From contig JANWJF010000001.1 in assembly GCA_025449535.1 (NCBI GenBank), positions 613,136 through 677,135 of the forward strand: a stretch of DNA of 64,000 bases, written 5' to 3'. Each line of letters opens with the position of its first letter. The stretch's first letter is position 1. Below the pieces are notes generated by a model, which saw only the letters and a program-made list of their open reading frames with translations, was not told the origin of the DNA and ran no database searches. Below, one piece after another: positions 53,737 to 62,930 of this stretch. Source of the stretch: Candidatus Saccharimonadia bacterium (lineage in GTDB: Bacteria; Patescibacteriota; SICC01). Made by a program: the position numbers and the translations under genes.

Positions 53737-54790
53737 CCGCCAACACGGCCAAACGGTCGTGCTCGACGCCGAGCCGACCCGTCCGTCCCCACCGCGTCGG
53801 CGGGGGCGTCGCGTCGCCATCCTTCTGGCCGTGGCGATCGTCGCGGTCGTCGGGGTGCTGAACTGGTACCGTGCCGGCCTGCAGCCGACGGGGGCAGCCG
53901 AGGCGGTCGTCACGGTGCCCGAAGGAGCCACCACCGACCGGATCACCGCCCTGCTCAAGGAACGGAACCTGATCCGCTCCGAAGGGGCGTTCGGGTGGTA
54001 CGTCCGGCTGCACGGCCTGGCGCCGGACTTCAACTCGGGACGCTTCCTGGTCACGGGTAAGAAGTCGGCCGGCGACGTCGCCCGCGTCCTGACCGGGAAG
54101 CCGAATGCCGGCAACCAGTTTACGATTCCCGAAGGGTTCACCCAGTACGCGATCGGCCAGCGCCTGGGCCGGCTCGGCATCGCGGACGCCGAGGAGTTCC
54201 GGGACCTCAAGGCCGCGGACTTCCCGGAGTACGACTTCCTGCGCGACCTGCCGGAAGATGCCAGTCTGGAGGGATATCTCTTTCCCGAGACCTACTCGGT
54301 GCCGCATGGCCGGATCACCGCCCGTGAGGTGGCCACGATCATGCTGAACCAGTTCCAGACCGAGATCGCGCCGCTCCGTCCGCGGATCGAGGCCAGCGAG
54401 TATTCGCTGCACGAGCTGGTGACCCTTGCCTCGATCGTCGAGGAAGAGGTGAAGAGCGAGAAGGACCGGCGGATGGTCGCGGACATCATGTTCCGCCGCT
54501 TGGAGCAGGACATCCGGCTGGACGTCGACGCGACGGTCCGGTACGCCCTCGACAAACCCACCGAGGCGCTGACGGCCTCCGACCTGGACTCGGACGACCC
54601 GTACAACACCCGGAAGTTCAAAGGATTGCCGCCGGGGCCGATCGCCAACCCGGGACTGGCCGCGATAGAGGCGGTGCTTGATCCCTTCGCCAACGACTTC
54701 CTGTTCTATCTCTCGGCGCCGGACGCCACGACGTACTACGCCGAGACCAACGACGGGCACGAACGGAACAAGTCCGAGCACCTGCAGTAA
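53723..54790 (+). CDS. mltG: endolytic murein transglycosylase MltG (YceG-like)
   Basis: 355 aa; N-terminal TM, YceG-like domain with conserved E…LASIVEEE catalytic region; follows ruvX as commonly seen. Confidence 0.8.
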   Translation: MPDPDRQHGQTVVLDAEPTRPSPPRRRGRRVAILLAVAIVAVVGVLNWYRAGLQPTGAAEAVVTVPEGATTDRITALLKERNLIRSEGAFGWYVRLHGLAPDFNSGRFLVTGKKSAGDVARVLTGKPNAGNQFTIPEGFTQYAIGQRLGRLGIADAEEFRDLKAADFPEYDFLRDLPEDASLEGYLFPETYSVPHGRITAREVATIMLNQFQTEIAPLRPRIEASEYSLHELVTLASIVEEEVKSEKDRRMVADIMFRRLEQDIRLDVDATVRYALDKPTEALTASDLDSDDPYNTRKFKGLPPGPIANPGLAAIEAVLDPFANDFLFYLSAPDATTYYAETNDGHERNKSEHLQ

Positions 54791-54812
54791 TCCTTTCCGC
54801 TAGGCTAGTGAT

Positions 54813-56075
54813 ATGGCGACCTTCTGGGACCATGTCGAGGTGAACGTGAAGGCCGGCGCCGGTGGTAACGGGCTGGTCAGTTTCCGCACTGCCCGTGGCG
54901 AGTCCAAGGGCGGTCCGGACGGCGGCGACGGCGGCGACGGCGGCAGTGTGGTGCTGGAGGCCGGCACCGGCGTGACGACCCTGGCTGAGTTCGCGCGCAA
55001 GAGGCGATTCGCGGCCGGGAACGGCACGGCGGGCGGGAAGTCGAACCGCCACGGCAAGACCGCCGACGACCTCGTGTTGTCCGTGCCGACCGGCACGATC
55101 GCCCGGGAAGGCGACGCGGTCCTGGCGGACCTGACCGCACCGGGGGAGCGCGCGGTGATAGCCCGGGGCGGTCATGGCGGGTTCGGCAACGCCCACTTCA
55201 CGAGCTCCCGGCGGCAGGCTCCCCGGCAAGCGGAGAAGGGCGAGCCCGGCGAGGAACGCGACCTGACGGTCGAACTGAAGCTCGTCGCGGACATCGGGTT
55301 GGTCGGGATCCCGTCGGTCGGGAAGTCGACGTTCCTGCGAGCGGTCAGCGCGGCGCGCCCGAAGGTCGCGGATTACCCCTTCACGACGACCGTACCCCAG
55401 CTGGGAATCGCCCAGGTCCGCGACGACCGGCTGGCCGTCGCGGATATCCCGGGTCTGATCGAGGGCGCCCACCAAGGCAAGGGGCTCGGGGACGCGTTCC
55501 TTCGGCACGTGGAGCGCACCAAGGTCCTGATCCACCTGCTGGACGCGACCCGGGATGACCCTGCCGCGGACTACCGGGCGATCCGCTCGGAACTGACGGC
55601 CTACGCGAAGCCGCTCGGCCGGAAGCCGGAACTGGTCGCCTTGAACAAGGCGGACACGCTGCCGGAGGCGGACGCCGCGCGGCTGGCCGCGGACCTCTCG
55701 AAACGGCTCCGCAAGCCGGTCCGGGCGATCTCGGCCGCCACGAGAAGCGGGGTCACGGAAGTGCTGACGGAAGCGGCGACGATCGCCAAGCGCCAGAGGC
55801 CACGGAAGGCCAAGTCGGTTCCGCGCCTTACGCTGGCGGAACTTGCTCCGGGGGCGATCTCCGTCCGTCAGTCGGAAGGCGGCTTCGTCGTGGGCGGGTC
55901 CCGTCTGGAACGGCTGGCCAAGCAGACCGACTTCGATAACCCCGAGGCCGTGGAACGGTTCTGGTGGACCGCCCGTCGCTTGGGCCTGGATGACCGGTTG
56001 GAGAAGCTGGGGGCCTCCGGGGGCGCGAAGCTTCGGGTCGCCGAGGTCGACCTCGTCTGGCCGGGCGCCGCCTGA
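54813..56075 (+). CDS. obg: GTPase Obg
   Basis: 420 aa; Gly-rich Obg fold (GGDGGDGG), G1 GIPSVGKST, G3 DIPG, G4 NKAD, C-terminal OCT domain. Confidence 0.9.
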   Translation: MATFWDHVEVNVKAGAGGNGLVSFRTARGESKGGPDGGDGGDGGSVVLEAGTGVTTLAEFARKRRFAAGNGTAGGKSNRHGKTADDLVLSVPTGTIAREGDAVLADLTAPGERAVIARGGHGGFGNAHFTSSRRQAPRQAEKGEPGEERDLTVELKLVADIGLVGIPSVGKSTFLRAVSAARPKVADYPFTTTVPQLGIAQVRDDRLAVADIPGLIEGAHQGKGLGDAFLRHVERTKVLIHLLDATRDDPAADYRAIRSELTAYAKPLGRKPELVALNKADTLPEADAARLAADLSKRLRKPVRAISAATRSGVTEVLTEAATIAKRQRPRKAKSVPRLTLAELAPGAISVRQSEGGFVVGGSRLERLAKQTDFDNPEAVERFWWTARRLGLDDRLEKLGASGGAKLRVAEVDLVWPGAA

Positions 56076-56119
56076 CCGCCCGGTGGCAAGCCGCGTGCCG
56101 ATTGGTATACTGGCTGCGC

Positions 56120-56950
56120 ATGGAAACCAAAACCGGTCCCAAGCGCCGAATCCCGCTCTACAAACGCCGCCAGTTCTGGGGCGCGACGTTGATCGTGGCC
56201 GTGTTGGCCGCTGGGACCGCGCTGTTCTTCTTCGTGCAGGACGCGCCGGTCAAGGACACCAAGGCCGACGGCCGGGGGGTGCTTTCGATCGACACCGAGC
56301 CGGGGGACGCGACGGTCCTGGTCGACGGTAAGGAACGCGAGGAGCGCTCGGACGCCACCTTCTCCCTGCCGGCCGGCAAACATGAGGTCACGCTGCGGCT
56401 GGAGGGGTACGACGAGACGGTCATCCCGATCGAGATCTCCGACGCGAACACCAAGGACCGCCCTGTCACGATCGAGCATGCGTTCACCAAGGCAGGCCTG
56501 ACCGCGGACGACGAGCCGGTCAGCGAGTACAAGACCTATAGCAACGGTACCTACGGGTACACGCTCAGGTATCCCAGCCGCTGGAAAGTCGTCGAGCATA
56601 ACGCCGACAACGTGATATTCACCGATCCCGAAGCCCCGGGCGGGCAGGGCGAGGAAGGGGAGGAACGGGCTCCGCTGACCATCCTTGCTCAGGAGAACCC
56701 GAAGTCGCTCGGTGCCGAGGCGTGGTACCAGGCGCGCCCTGAGTACAAGGATGAAGATCAGTCGCAGATCAAGCAGAAGAAGGTTACGGTTAACGGCCGC
56801 CCCGCGTATCAATACGAGACTCCCTATGGCTTCGTGCCGTATCTGATCACGATCGTCACGCAGGGTGACCACGCGTTCCTCTTCCAGCAGATACGGAATT
56901 CGCCCGACCGCAAGCTCTACGACCAGGCGCTCCAGACCCTCGAGTTCTGA
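56120..56950 (+). CDS. PEGA domain-containing membrane-anchored protein
   Basis: N-terminal TM; PEGA-like domain (LSIDTEPGDATVLVDGKE…LPAGKHEVTLRLEGYDETVIPIEI); alternative start 56102. Confidence 0.55.
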   Translation: METKTGPKRRIPLYKRRQFWGATLIVAVLAAGTALFFFVQDAPVKDTKADGRGVLSIDTEPGDATVLVDGKEREERSDATFSLPAGKHEVTLRLEGYDETVIPIEISDANTKDRPVTIEHAFTKAGLTADDEPVSEYKTYSNGTYGYTLRYPSRWKVVEHNADNVIFTDPEAPGGQGEEGEERAPLTILAQENPKSLGAEAWYQARPEYKDEDQSQIKQKKVTVNGRPAYQYETPYGFVPYLITIVTQGDHAFLFQQIRNSPDRKLYDQALQTLEF

Positions 56951-56999
56951 GCCCAGGCATAGGTTGACCGTATTTTCCCTTAACCGAGGCATTTAGGTC

Positions 57000-57028
57000 T
57001 TGACATATGCGTAAAAACGTGGTATCTT
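57000..57028 (+). promoter_or_regulatory. sigma70-type promoter (TTGACA -17nt- TATCTT) upstream of small ORF
   Basis: Consensus -35 with 17-nt spacer to -10-like hexamer in 280-nt intergenic region. Confidence 0.35.
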
Positions 57029-57049
57029 TGGCTAATTTCCAAAAAAGCC

Positions 57050-57196
57050 ATGAGCGATACCCTCCAAATAATCCTTCCGTTCGCGACCGCCCTGGCCGTG
57101 CTCGGGGTGTTCCATACGGTCGCCTATCTGCATCTGCGGCTCAACGAGGACGACGCCTCGAAGGACGAGCGGGACAGCGAATTGCTGCATTCATGA
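57050..57196 (+). CDS. candidate small ORF encoding 48-aa single-TM peptide (MSDTLQIILPFATALAVLGVFHTVAYLHLRLNEDDASKDERDSELLHS)
   Basis: Not in ORF track (<60 aa); ATG 21 nt downstream of promoter-like element; hydrophobic N-half, acidic C-half; genome-typical codon bias. Confidence 0.3.
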   Translation: MSDTLQIILPFATALAVLGVFHTVAYLHLRLNEDDASKDERDSELLHS

Positions 57197-57230
57197 CGAC
57201 CGGCCGTTACGGGCCGGAAAATCCGCTAGA

Positions 57231-58292
57231 ATGATGGCGGAAACAAACACCCACGCCCGGATGGCTGAAACCACAAAGCTCGACCCGGATGGCATGCGCG
57301 ATTGCGTCCTGGATTCGCCTTCGCTGTTCGAGCAAGGATACGGGTCGAAGGCATCGTTCCCCGCGAAGTACCGCAAGGCGAAGCAGGTCGTCTTCTGCTG
57401 CATGGGCGGCTCGGCGACCGGAGCCGGGCTGCTCGGTGATTACCTGGCGCCGGACCTGAAGATCCCGTACTGGGTACACCGCGACTACGATGTGCCAGGT
57501 TTCGTCGGCAAGGACACGCTGGTGATCTGCGTCAGTCACTCGGGCACCACCGAGGAGACTCTTTCCGGCTACGACGAAGCCAAGCGGCGGGGCGCCATGC
57601 TGGCGGCGGTGACCACCGGCGGCGAGCTGGCCAAGCGCGCCAAGGCGGACGGCGCCGTGCTCGTGAAGTACGAAAGCGGGCTTCAGCCACGGGCCGCGGT
57701 CCCGCAGGTCCTCGGCGTCCTCTTGCGGACCATGGTCACGCTCGGGCTAGCGGACGATCACGAGGATACCGTCCGGGAAGCCGTCGCCCACCTCCGACAG
57801 GTCGCCGAGACCGTGTCCGACACCCATAACCACGCGGCCGCCGACCTGGCCGCCCGGATGCACGGGAAGATACCGGTCATCTACGGCTCCGGCTTGACCG
57901 CCGAAACGGCCCGCCGGCTCAAGGGGCAGGTCTCCGAGAACGCCAAGCAGACCGCGGCCTGGGAAGTGGTTCCCGAGGAGAACCATAACGCCTTGGTCGG
58001 CCTGGAGTTCCCCGAGGAACTGCGCGACCGGGTCGTGTTCGTGACCTTGCGGACCGGCTATGAGCACCCGCGGGACGGCCTGCGTTTCGAGTTCTTGGAT
58101 TCCGCCCTCGCGTCCCGGGGCCTTCCCGGCGCGACCCTCCGAGGTACCGGCCCGAACCGCCTGGCCCATCTCTTGACGGTCGTCTTCCTGGGTGACCTGG
58201 CCAGCATCCTGTTGGCCGGGAAGAACGGCGTGGACCCGACCCCGGTGGACATCATCGACGAACTCAAATCCTATCTGACGGAGGCCGGGTGA
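57231..58292 (+). CDS. bifunctional phosphoglucose/phosphomannose isomerase (SIS-domain, archaeal-type PGI/PMI)
   Basis: 353 aa; two SIS domains (…VVFCCMGGSATGAGLL…VICVSHSGTTEE…); family typical length. Confidence 0.7.
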   Translation: MMAETNTHARMAETTKLDPDGMRDCVLDSPSLFEQGYGSKASFPAKYRKAKQVVFCCMGGSATGAGLLGDYLAPDLKIPYWVHRDYDVPGFVGKDTLVICVSHSGTTEETLSGYDEAKRRGAMLAAVTTGGELAKRAKADGAVLVKYESGLQPRAAVPQVLGVLLRTMVTLGLADDHEDTVREAVAHLRQVAETVSDTHNHAAADLAARMHGKIPVIYGSGLTAETARRLKGQVSENAKQTAAWEVVPEENHNALVGLEFPEELRDRVVFVTLRTGYEHPRDGLRFEFLDSALASRGLPGATLRGTGPNRLAHLLTVVFLGDLASILLAGKNGVDPTPVDIIDELKSYLTEAG

Positions 58293-59551
58293 AGATCATC
58301 GGCGTCACCGGACGGATGGTACTCGACTCGCGGGGCGTGCCGACCGTGGAAGCCACGGTCCGGTGCGAGAAAGGCTCGGCGACCGCCGCGGTCCCGGCCG
58401 GCACGTCCACCGGTCGGCACGAGGCGAAGGAACTGCGCGACGGCGACGAGCGTTGGAACGGCCAAGGCGTGAAGAAGGCGGTCAGTCACGTGAACGTGGA
58501 GATCGCGCACGCCGTGCAAGGCATGGACGCCGCCGACCAGACCGCGGTCGACGCGAAGTTGCTCGAACTGGATGCTTCCAAGAAGCCGGGTCTCGGCGCG
58601 AACGCGCTCCTGGCGGTCAGCGTCGCGACGTTCCTGGCCGCCGCTCGCGGCAAGCGCAAGGAACCGTGGCGACTGCTGGACGAGGACGCGAAGCGCCTGC
58701 CGGTGCCCATGTTGAACCTGATCAACGGGGGTGCGCACGCTCGCAACGGCTTGGAAGTACAGGAATGCATGGTCGTGCCGCTCGGCTTCGACACGTTCAG
58801 CGAAGCCCTCCGGGCCGCGACCGAGACGTATCACGCGCTCGGCGGCATCCTGGAGGAACGTAACCTGGGAACCGCGGTCGGGTTGGAAGGCGGCTTCTCG
58901 CCGCAGATCGAGAACCATCACGAGGCGTTGGACCTGTTGGTGCAGGCGATCGAGCGGGCGAAGTACCGGCCCGGCGAGCAAATCGGCCTGGCGTTGGACG
59001 TCGCTGCTACCGAACTCTACAACGAAGGCGCATACAAGCTGACCGGCCACACGATGACCGCCGAACAGCTGGCGATCGAGTATGAGTCGCTGCTCCAGCA
59101 GTACCCGTTGGTGTCCGTGGAGGACCCGTTCGCCGAGGACGACTGGGACGGCTGGCGGACCACCCCGGACCGGGTGCGGACGGGACGGATCGCCGACGAC
59201 CTTACCGTCACCGACGCGAAGCGCATCGAGCGCGCGGCCGGATCCGGCGCGACCGGCGTGATCATCAAACCGAACCAGAACGGGACGCTCACCGGCGCGA
59301 ACGCGGCCGTCTCCGCGGCGCGGCAGTCCGGACTGACCGTCGTGGCCAGCCATCGCAGCGGCGAGACGACCGACGGTTGGATCGCCGATCTGGCCGTCGG
59401 CTGGGGAGCGGAATTCGTCAAGGCCGGCGCACCGGCACGCGGCGAACGCGTGGCGAAGTACAATCGATTGCTGGCGATCGAACAAGCGTTCGGTAGCCAG
59501 GCCGTCTATCCGGGACCGAAGCTGCTGGCGGAAGGAGGTACCGATGCCTGA
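58289..59551 (+). CDS. eno: enolase (phosphopyruvate hydratase)
   Basis: 420 aa; enolase signature (…IIKPNQNGTLT…, SHRSGETTD), metal-binding Asp/Glu positions. Confidence 0.95.
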   Translation: MKIIGVTGRMVLDSRGVPTVEATVRCEKGSATAAVPAGTSTGRHEAKELRDGDERWNGQGVKKAVSHVNVEIAHAVQGMDAADQTAVDAKLLELDASKKPGLGANALLAVSVATFLAAARGKRKEPWRLLDEDAKRLPVPMLNLINGGAHARNGLEVQECMVVPLGFDTFSEALRAATETYHALGGILEERNLGTAVGLEGGFSPQIENHHEALDLLVQAIERAKYRPGEQIGLALDVAATELYNEGAYKLTGHTMTAEQLAIEYESLLQQYPLVSVEDPFAEDDWDGWRTTPDRVRTGRIADDLTVTDAKRIERAAGSGATGVIIKPNQNGTLTGANAAVSAARQSGLTVVASHRSGETTDGWIADLAVGWGAEFVKAGAPARGERVAKYNRLLAIEQAFGSQAVYPGPKLLAEGGTDA

Positions 59552-61127
59552 CGAACGCCGCCCGGTGGTGATGCTGATCCTGGACGGCTGGGGAATCTCG
59601 CCGATCAGCGAAGGTAACGCCATCGCCAGCGCCCAGACCCCGAACATGCACCGGCTCCTGCAGGAACATCCGTCGATGGCGCTCCAGGCGGCGGGCACGG
59701 CGGTCGGCCTGCCATGGGGCGAGGCCGGCAACTCCGAGGTCGGTCATCTCAACCTCGGCGCCGGACGGATCGTCTTCCAGGAAGTACCGGCGATCGCCAC
59801 CGCCCTGGCTACCGGTTCGTTCTTCCAGAACCAGGTGTTCATCGACGCGGTAGAGCACGTCAAGGAGAACAAATCGGCCCTCCACTTCATCGGCGTGCTG
59901 AGTCCGGAGGAGGGCTCCCAAGGCTTGGAACACGTGAAGGCACTGCTGGAACTCGCCAAACAGCAGGAATTCACCAACGTCTACCTGCATCTGTTGCTTG
60001 ATAAGGAAGGTCAGATCGAGGACAGCATGCGCAAGTACCTGAGGCAGCTCGAGGTCATCACGAAGCAGGTCGGCGTCGGTACGATCGCGACGATCTCCGG
60101 CGAGTATTATGCGATGGATCGGGAGAAGCGCTGGGAACATACCGCCCGGGCGTACAGCCTGATGGTCGATGGCAAGGGTTCCAAGGCCGATTCGTTGGAC
60201 GATGTCTGCGCCCAGGCCCGGGCCAAGGGGGTGCCGACGGAGTACATCGAACCGGTCCGGCTCGGCGACACCCCGAGTATTTCTGACAACGACTCGATCA
60301 TCTTCTTCAACTACCGTCCGGAACGGAGCCGGCAGTTGGCGAAGGCGTTCGTGGCCCCGTACTTCGGGCAGTTCGAGCACGGCGAACCGCTGAAGAACCT
60401 GTACCTCGTCACCATGAGCAGCTTCGCGGACGACATGAGCGTAAAGGCAGCGTTCTCGGCGGACAAGCTTCCGGACACACTGGCGGAGACCGTCGCTAAG
60501 GCGGGCCTCAAGCAGTACCACGTCGCGGAGACCGAGAAGTTCTCGCACGTCACCACGTTCCTGAACGGCGGCTACGACCGTCCGTTCGAAGGGGAGACCG
60601 ACGAGAAGGTCCCGTCCCCGGAGGTCCGCGGGTACGACGAGCGTCCGGAAATGTCCGTCACGACGGTCGCGGACAAGCTGCTGGCGGCCATGGAAGGCGG
60701 GGGGTACTCGCTCTGCGTCGCTAACTTCGCCAACATGGACATGGTCGGCCATACGGGGAACTTCGAGGCCGCGATTCGCTCCGCTGAGACCATCGACAAG
60801 GAGGTCGGCCGCGTCGCGGAAGCGTGCGAACGCCTCGGATACAACCTGGTGATTACCGCTGACCACGGCAACGCCGAACAGATGACCAGCGTCCGGACCG
60901 GCATCAGCAACGTCGACCATTCGAACAACCCGGTCCCGTTCGTCCTGGCCAACCCGGACGGGCTGGCCCTCTCCGGCCAGGACCGGTCCGTGATGGACGG
61001 CAGCCTGCCGTCCGGTATGCTGGCCGACGTGGCGCCGACCGTCCTGGACCTGCTGTCCATCGAGAAGCCCGAAGCGATGACGGGATACAGCCTGATCGAG
61101 CGGTCGGAGGGGCAGTTCTTTGCCTAA
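59544..61127 (+). CDS. 2,3-bisphosphoglycerate-independent phosphoglycerate mutase paralog with degenerate substrate-binding motifs
   Basis: 527 aa; retains LDGWG, GNSEVGH (catalytic Ser), ADHGN, MVGHTG, but GGVHSH region is EEGSQGLEH and FLDGRD is LLDKEG; overlaps eno stop (ATGCCTGA). Confidence 0.75.
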   Translation: MPDERRPVVMLILDGWGISPISEGNAIASAQTPNMHRLLQEHPSMALQAAGTAVGLPWGEAGNSEVGHLNLGAGRIVFQEVPAIATALATGSFFQNQVFIDAVEHVKENKSALHFIGVLSPEEGSQGLEHVKALLELAKQQEFTNVYLHLLLDKEGQIEDSMRKYLRQLEVITKQVGVGTIATISGEYYAMDREKRWEHTARAYSLMVDGKGSKADSLDDVCAQARAKGVPTEYIEPVRLGDTPSISDNDSIIFFNYRPERSRQLAKAFVAPYFGQFEHGEPLKNLYLVTMSSFADDMSVKAAFSADKLPDTLAETVAKAGLKQYHVAETEKFSHVTTFLNGGYDRPFEGETDEKVPSPEVRGYDERPEMSVTTVADKLLAAMEGGGYSLCVANFANMDMVGHTGNFEAAIRSAETIDKEVGRVAEACERLGYNLVITADHGNAEQMTSVRTGISNVDHSNNPVPFVLANPDGLALSGQDRSVMDGSLPSGMLADVAPTVLDLLSIEKPEAMTGYSLIERSEGQFFA

Positions 61128-62715
61128 GGACGCACCGCCGGCACCGCAGAAGCGCGTCGTCCTGATCGTCCTGGACGGCTGGGGGCACTCCACCGTCTTC
61201 GAGGGCAACGCGATCGCCCAGGCGGACACGAAGAACTTCACCAGGCTTTGGAAGAACAATCCGCACGCTTTGCTGCAGGCTTCCGGCGAGGCGGTCGGCT
61301 TGCCCTGGGGCGAGATGGGCAACTCCGAGGTCGGCCATCTCAACATCGGCGCGGGTCGGGTAGTGCCGCAGGACCTCCCGCGCATCTCCGCTTTGATCAG
61401 TGACGCCTCGTTCTACGAGAACGAGGCGTTGGTCGCGGCCTGCCAACACGTCAACGAGACCGGCGGTACCCTTCACCTGGCCGGCCTGGTGTCGACCGGC
61501 GGGGTACACGCCCATCTGCGACACCTGATCGCCCTGCTCGACCTGGCGGCCCGCCAGGACGTGAAGGACGTGGCGATCCATCTGTTCACGGACGGCCGGG
61601 ACACCCCGCCGAAGTCGGCAGGAGGATTCGTCTCGAAGCTAGAAGTAGAGATGAAGCAACGCGGCATCGGCCGGATCGCCAGCGTCTCCGGCCGTTACTA
61701 TGCCATGGACCGGGACAACCGGTGGGAGCGGACGCAGAAGGCGTTCGAAGCGGTCGCGCTCTGCCAAGGCCCGACCGCCCCCGACGCGGCGTCCGCCGTC
61801 AGCCAGGCGTACGAGAAGGGCGAGACGGACGAGTTCATCGAACCGACCGTTATCGCTTCCGGGGCGGCCAAGCCGCGGCCGCTCGAAGACAAGGACTCGT
61901 TCGTGTTCTTCAACTATCGACCGGATCGGGTCCGCCAGCTGGCCGAGGCGATCGCTCACGCGCAGTTCGACCGGTTCGATCGGGACGGATACAAGGGTCC
62001 GGGATACGTGGTCACCTTTACCGAATACGAGCCTAACCTGCCGGTGCACGTGGCGTTCCACACGAAGGAAATCCAGGACTCCCTGGCCAAGGTGCTGTCC
62101 GATGCCGGTGTCCGGCAGTTCCACATCGCGGAGACCGAGAAGTATCCCCACGCCACGTTCTTCCTGAACGGCGGTCACGAGGAGCCGTACCCGCTCGAGG
62201 AGCGGCTGCTGATTCCGTCGCCGAAGGTAGCGACGTACGACCAGCAGCCCGCGATGAGCGCCCAGAAGATCACCGACGAGCTGCTGAAGCGGATCGACGA
62301 GCGGGAGTACGGGTTCATCATGGTGAACTTCGCGAACGCGGACATGGTCGGCCATAGCGGCGACGTCGAGGCGACCATCCGTGCCGTCGATGAGGTCGAC
62401 CGGCAACTGGGTCGGATCGGCGAAGCCTGTGCCGCCGCGGGCTGCTACCTGGTGGTCACCGCCGACCACGGGAACGCCGAACAGATGGTGAACTTCACCA
62501 GCGGCGAGCGCGACAAGGAGCATACCACCAATCCGGTTCCGTTCATCCTGTGCGTACCCGAGGCCGACCAGGGTGCGGTCGCACTCGATGCGGATCGACT
62601 GTCGCTCGACCAAGCCTCCCGCCCGACGGGATTACTGGGAGACGTCGCCCCGACGGTCCTCAAGCTGATGGGGATCAAGCCACCGTCGGGGATGTCCGGC
62701 TACGGACTGCTCTGA
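61120..62715 (+). CDS. gpmI: 2,3-bisphosphoglycerate-independent phosphoglycerate mutase (canonical)
   Basis: 531 aa; all iPGM motifs intact (LDGWG, GNSEVGH, STGGVHAH, HLFTDGRD, RYYAMDRDNRW, ADHGN, MVGHSG); apparent TTG start overlapping upstream stop (TTGCCTAA). Confidence 0.9.
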   Translation: MPKDAPPAPQKRVVLIVLDGWGHSTVFEGNAIAQADTKNFTRLWKNNPHALLQASGEAVGLPWGEMGNSEVGHLNIGAGRVVPQDLPRISALISDASFYENEALVAACQHVNETGGTLHLAGLVSTGGVHAHLRHLIALLDLAARQDVKDVAIHLFTDGRDTPPKSAGGFVSKLEVEMKQRGIGRIASVSGRYYAMDRDNRWERTQKAFEAVALCQGPTAPDAASAVSQAYEKGETDEFIEPTVIASGAAKPRPLEDKDSFVFFNYRPDRVRQLAEAIAHAQFDRFDRDGYKGPGYVVTFTEYEPNLPVHVAFHTKEIQDSLAKVLSDAGVRQFHIAETEKYPHATFFLNGGHEEPYPLEERLLIPSPKVATYDQQPAMSAQKITDELLKRIDEREYGFIMVNFANADMVGHSGDVEATIRAVDEVDRQLGRIGEACAAAGCYLVVTADHGNAEQMVNFTSGERDKEHTTNPVPFILCVPEADQGAVALDADRLSLDQASRPTGLLGDVAPTVLKLMGIKPPSGMSGYGLL

Positions 62716-62930
62716 CTCATCCACCATGTCGACCTGCCGCTGGGCCAAGCCCGGCATCCGTCGCCACTGACGGCTTCGGACTGCGTTGTCGACTTCGGTC
62801 CTCGCTCGTCGTATTGCAATACGACTCACTCGGTCCTCGTCGCTGACTTGTCCGAAGCCGTCTGGACGAGCCACAGACTTCGCTGACTGCCGACTAACGC
62901 TCCGGACTGCCGACTCGCTACACTGGACGC

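Noticed and set aside
51563-54781. 1072-aa minus-strand ORF spanning the ftsA-downstream gene, ruvX and mltG
   Set aside because: Antisense to three well-supported plus-strand genes. Its translation is extremely Arg/Gly/Pro-rich. It is a classic high-G+C shadow ORF.
59418-61385. 655-aa minus-strand ORF antisense to gpmI paralog 1
   Set aside because: The plus-strand iPGM motifs are unambiguous, so this is an antisense shadow ORF.
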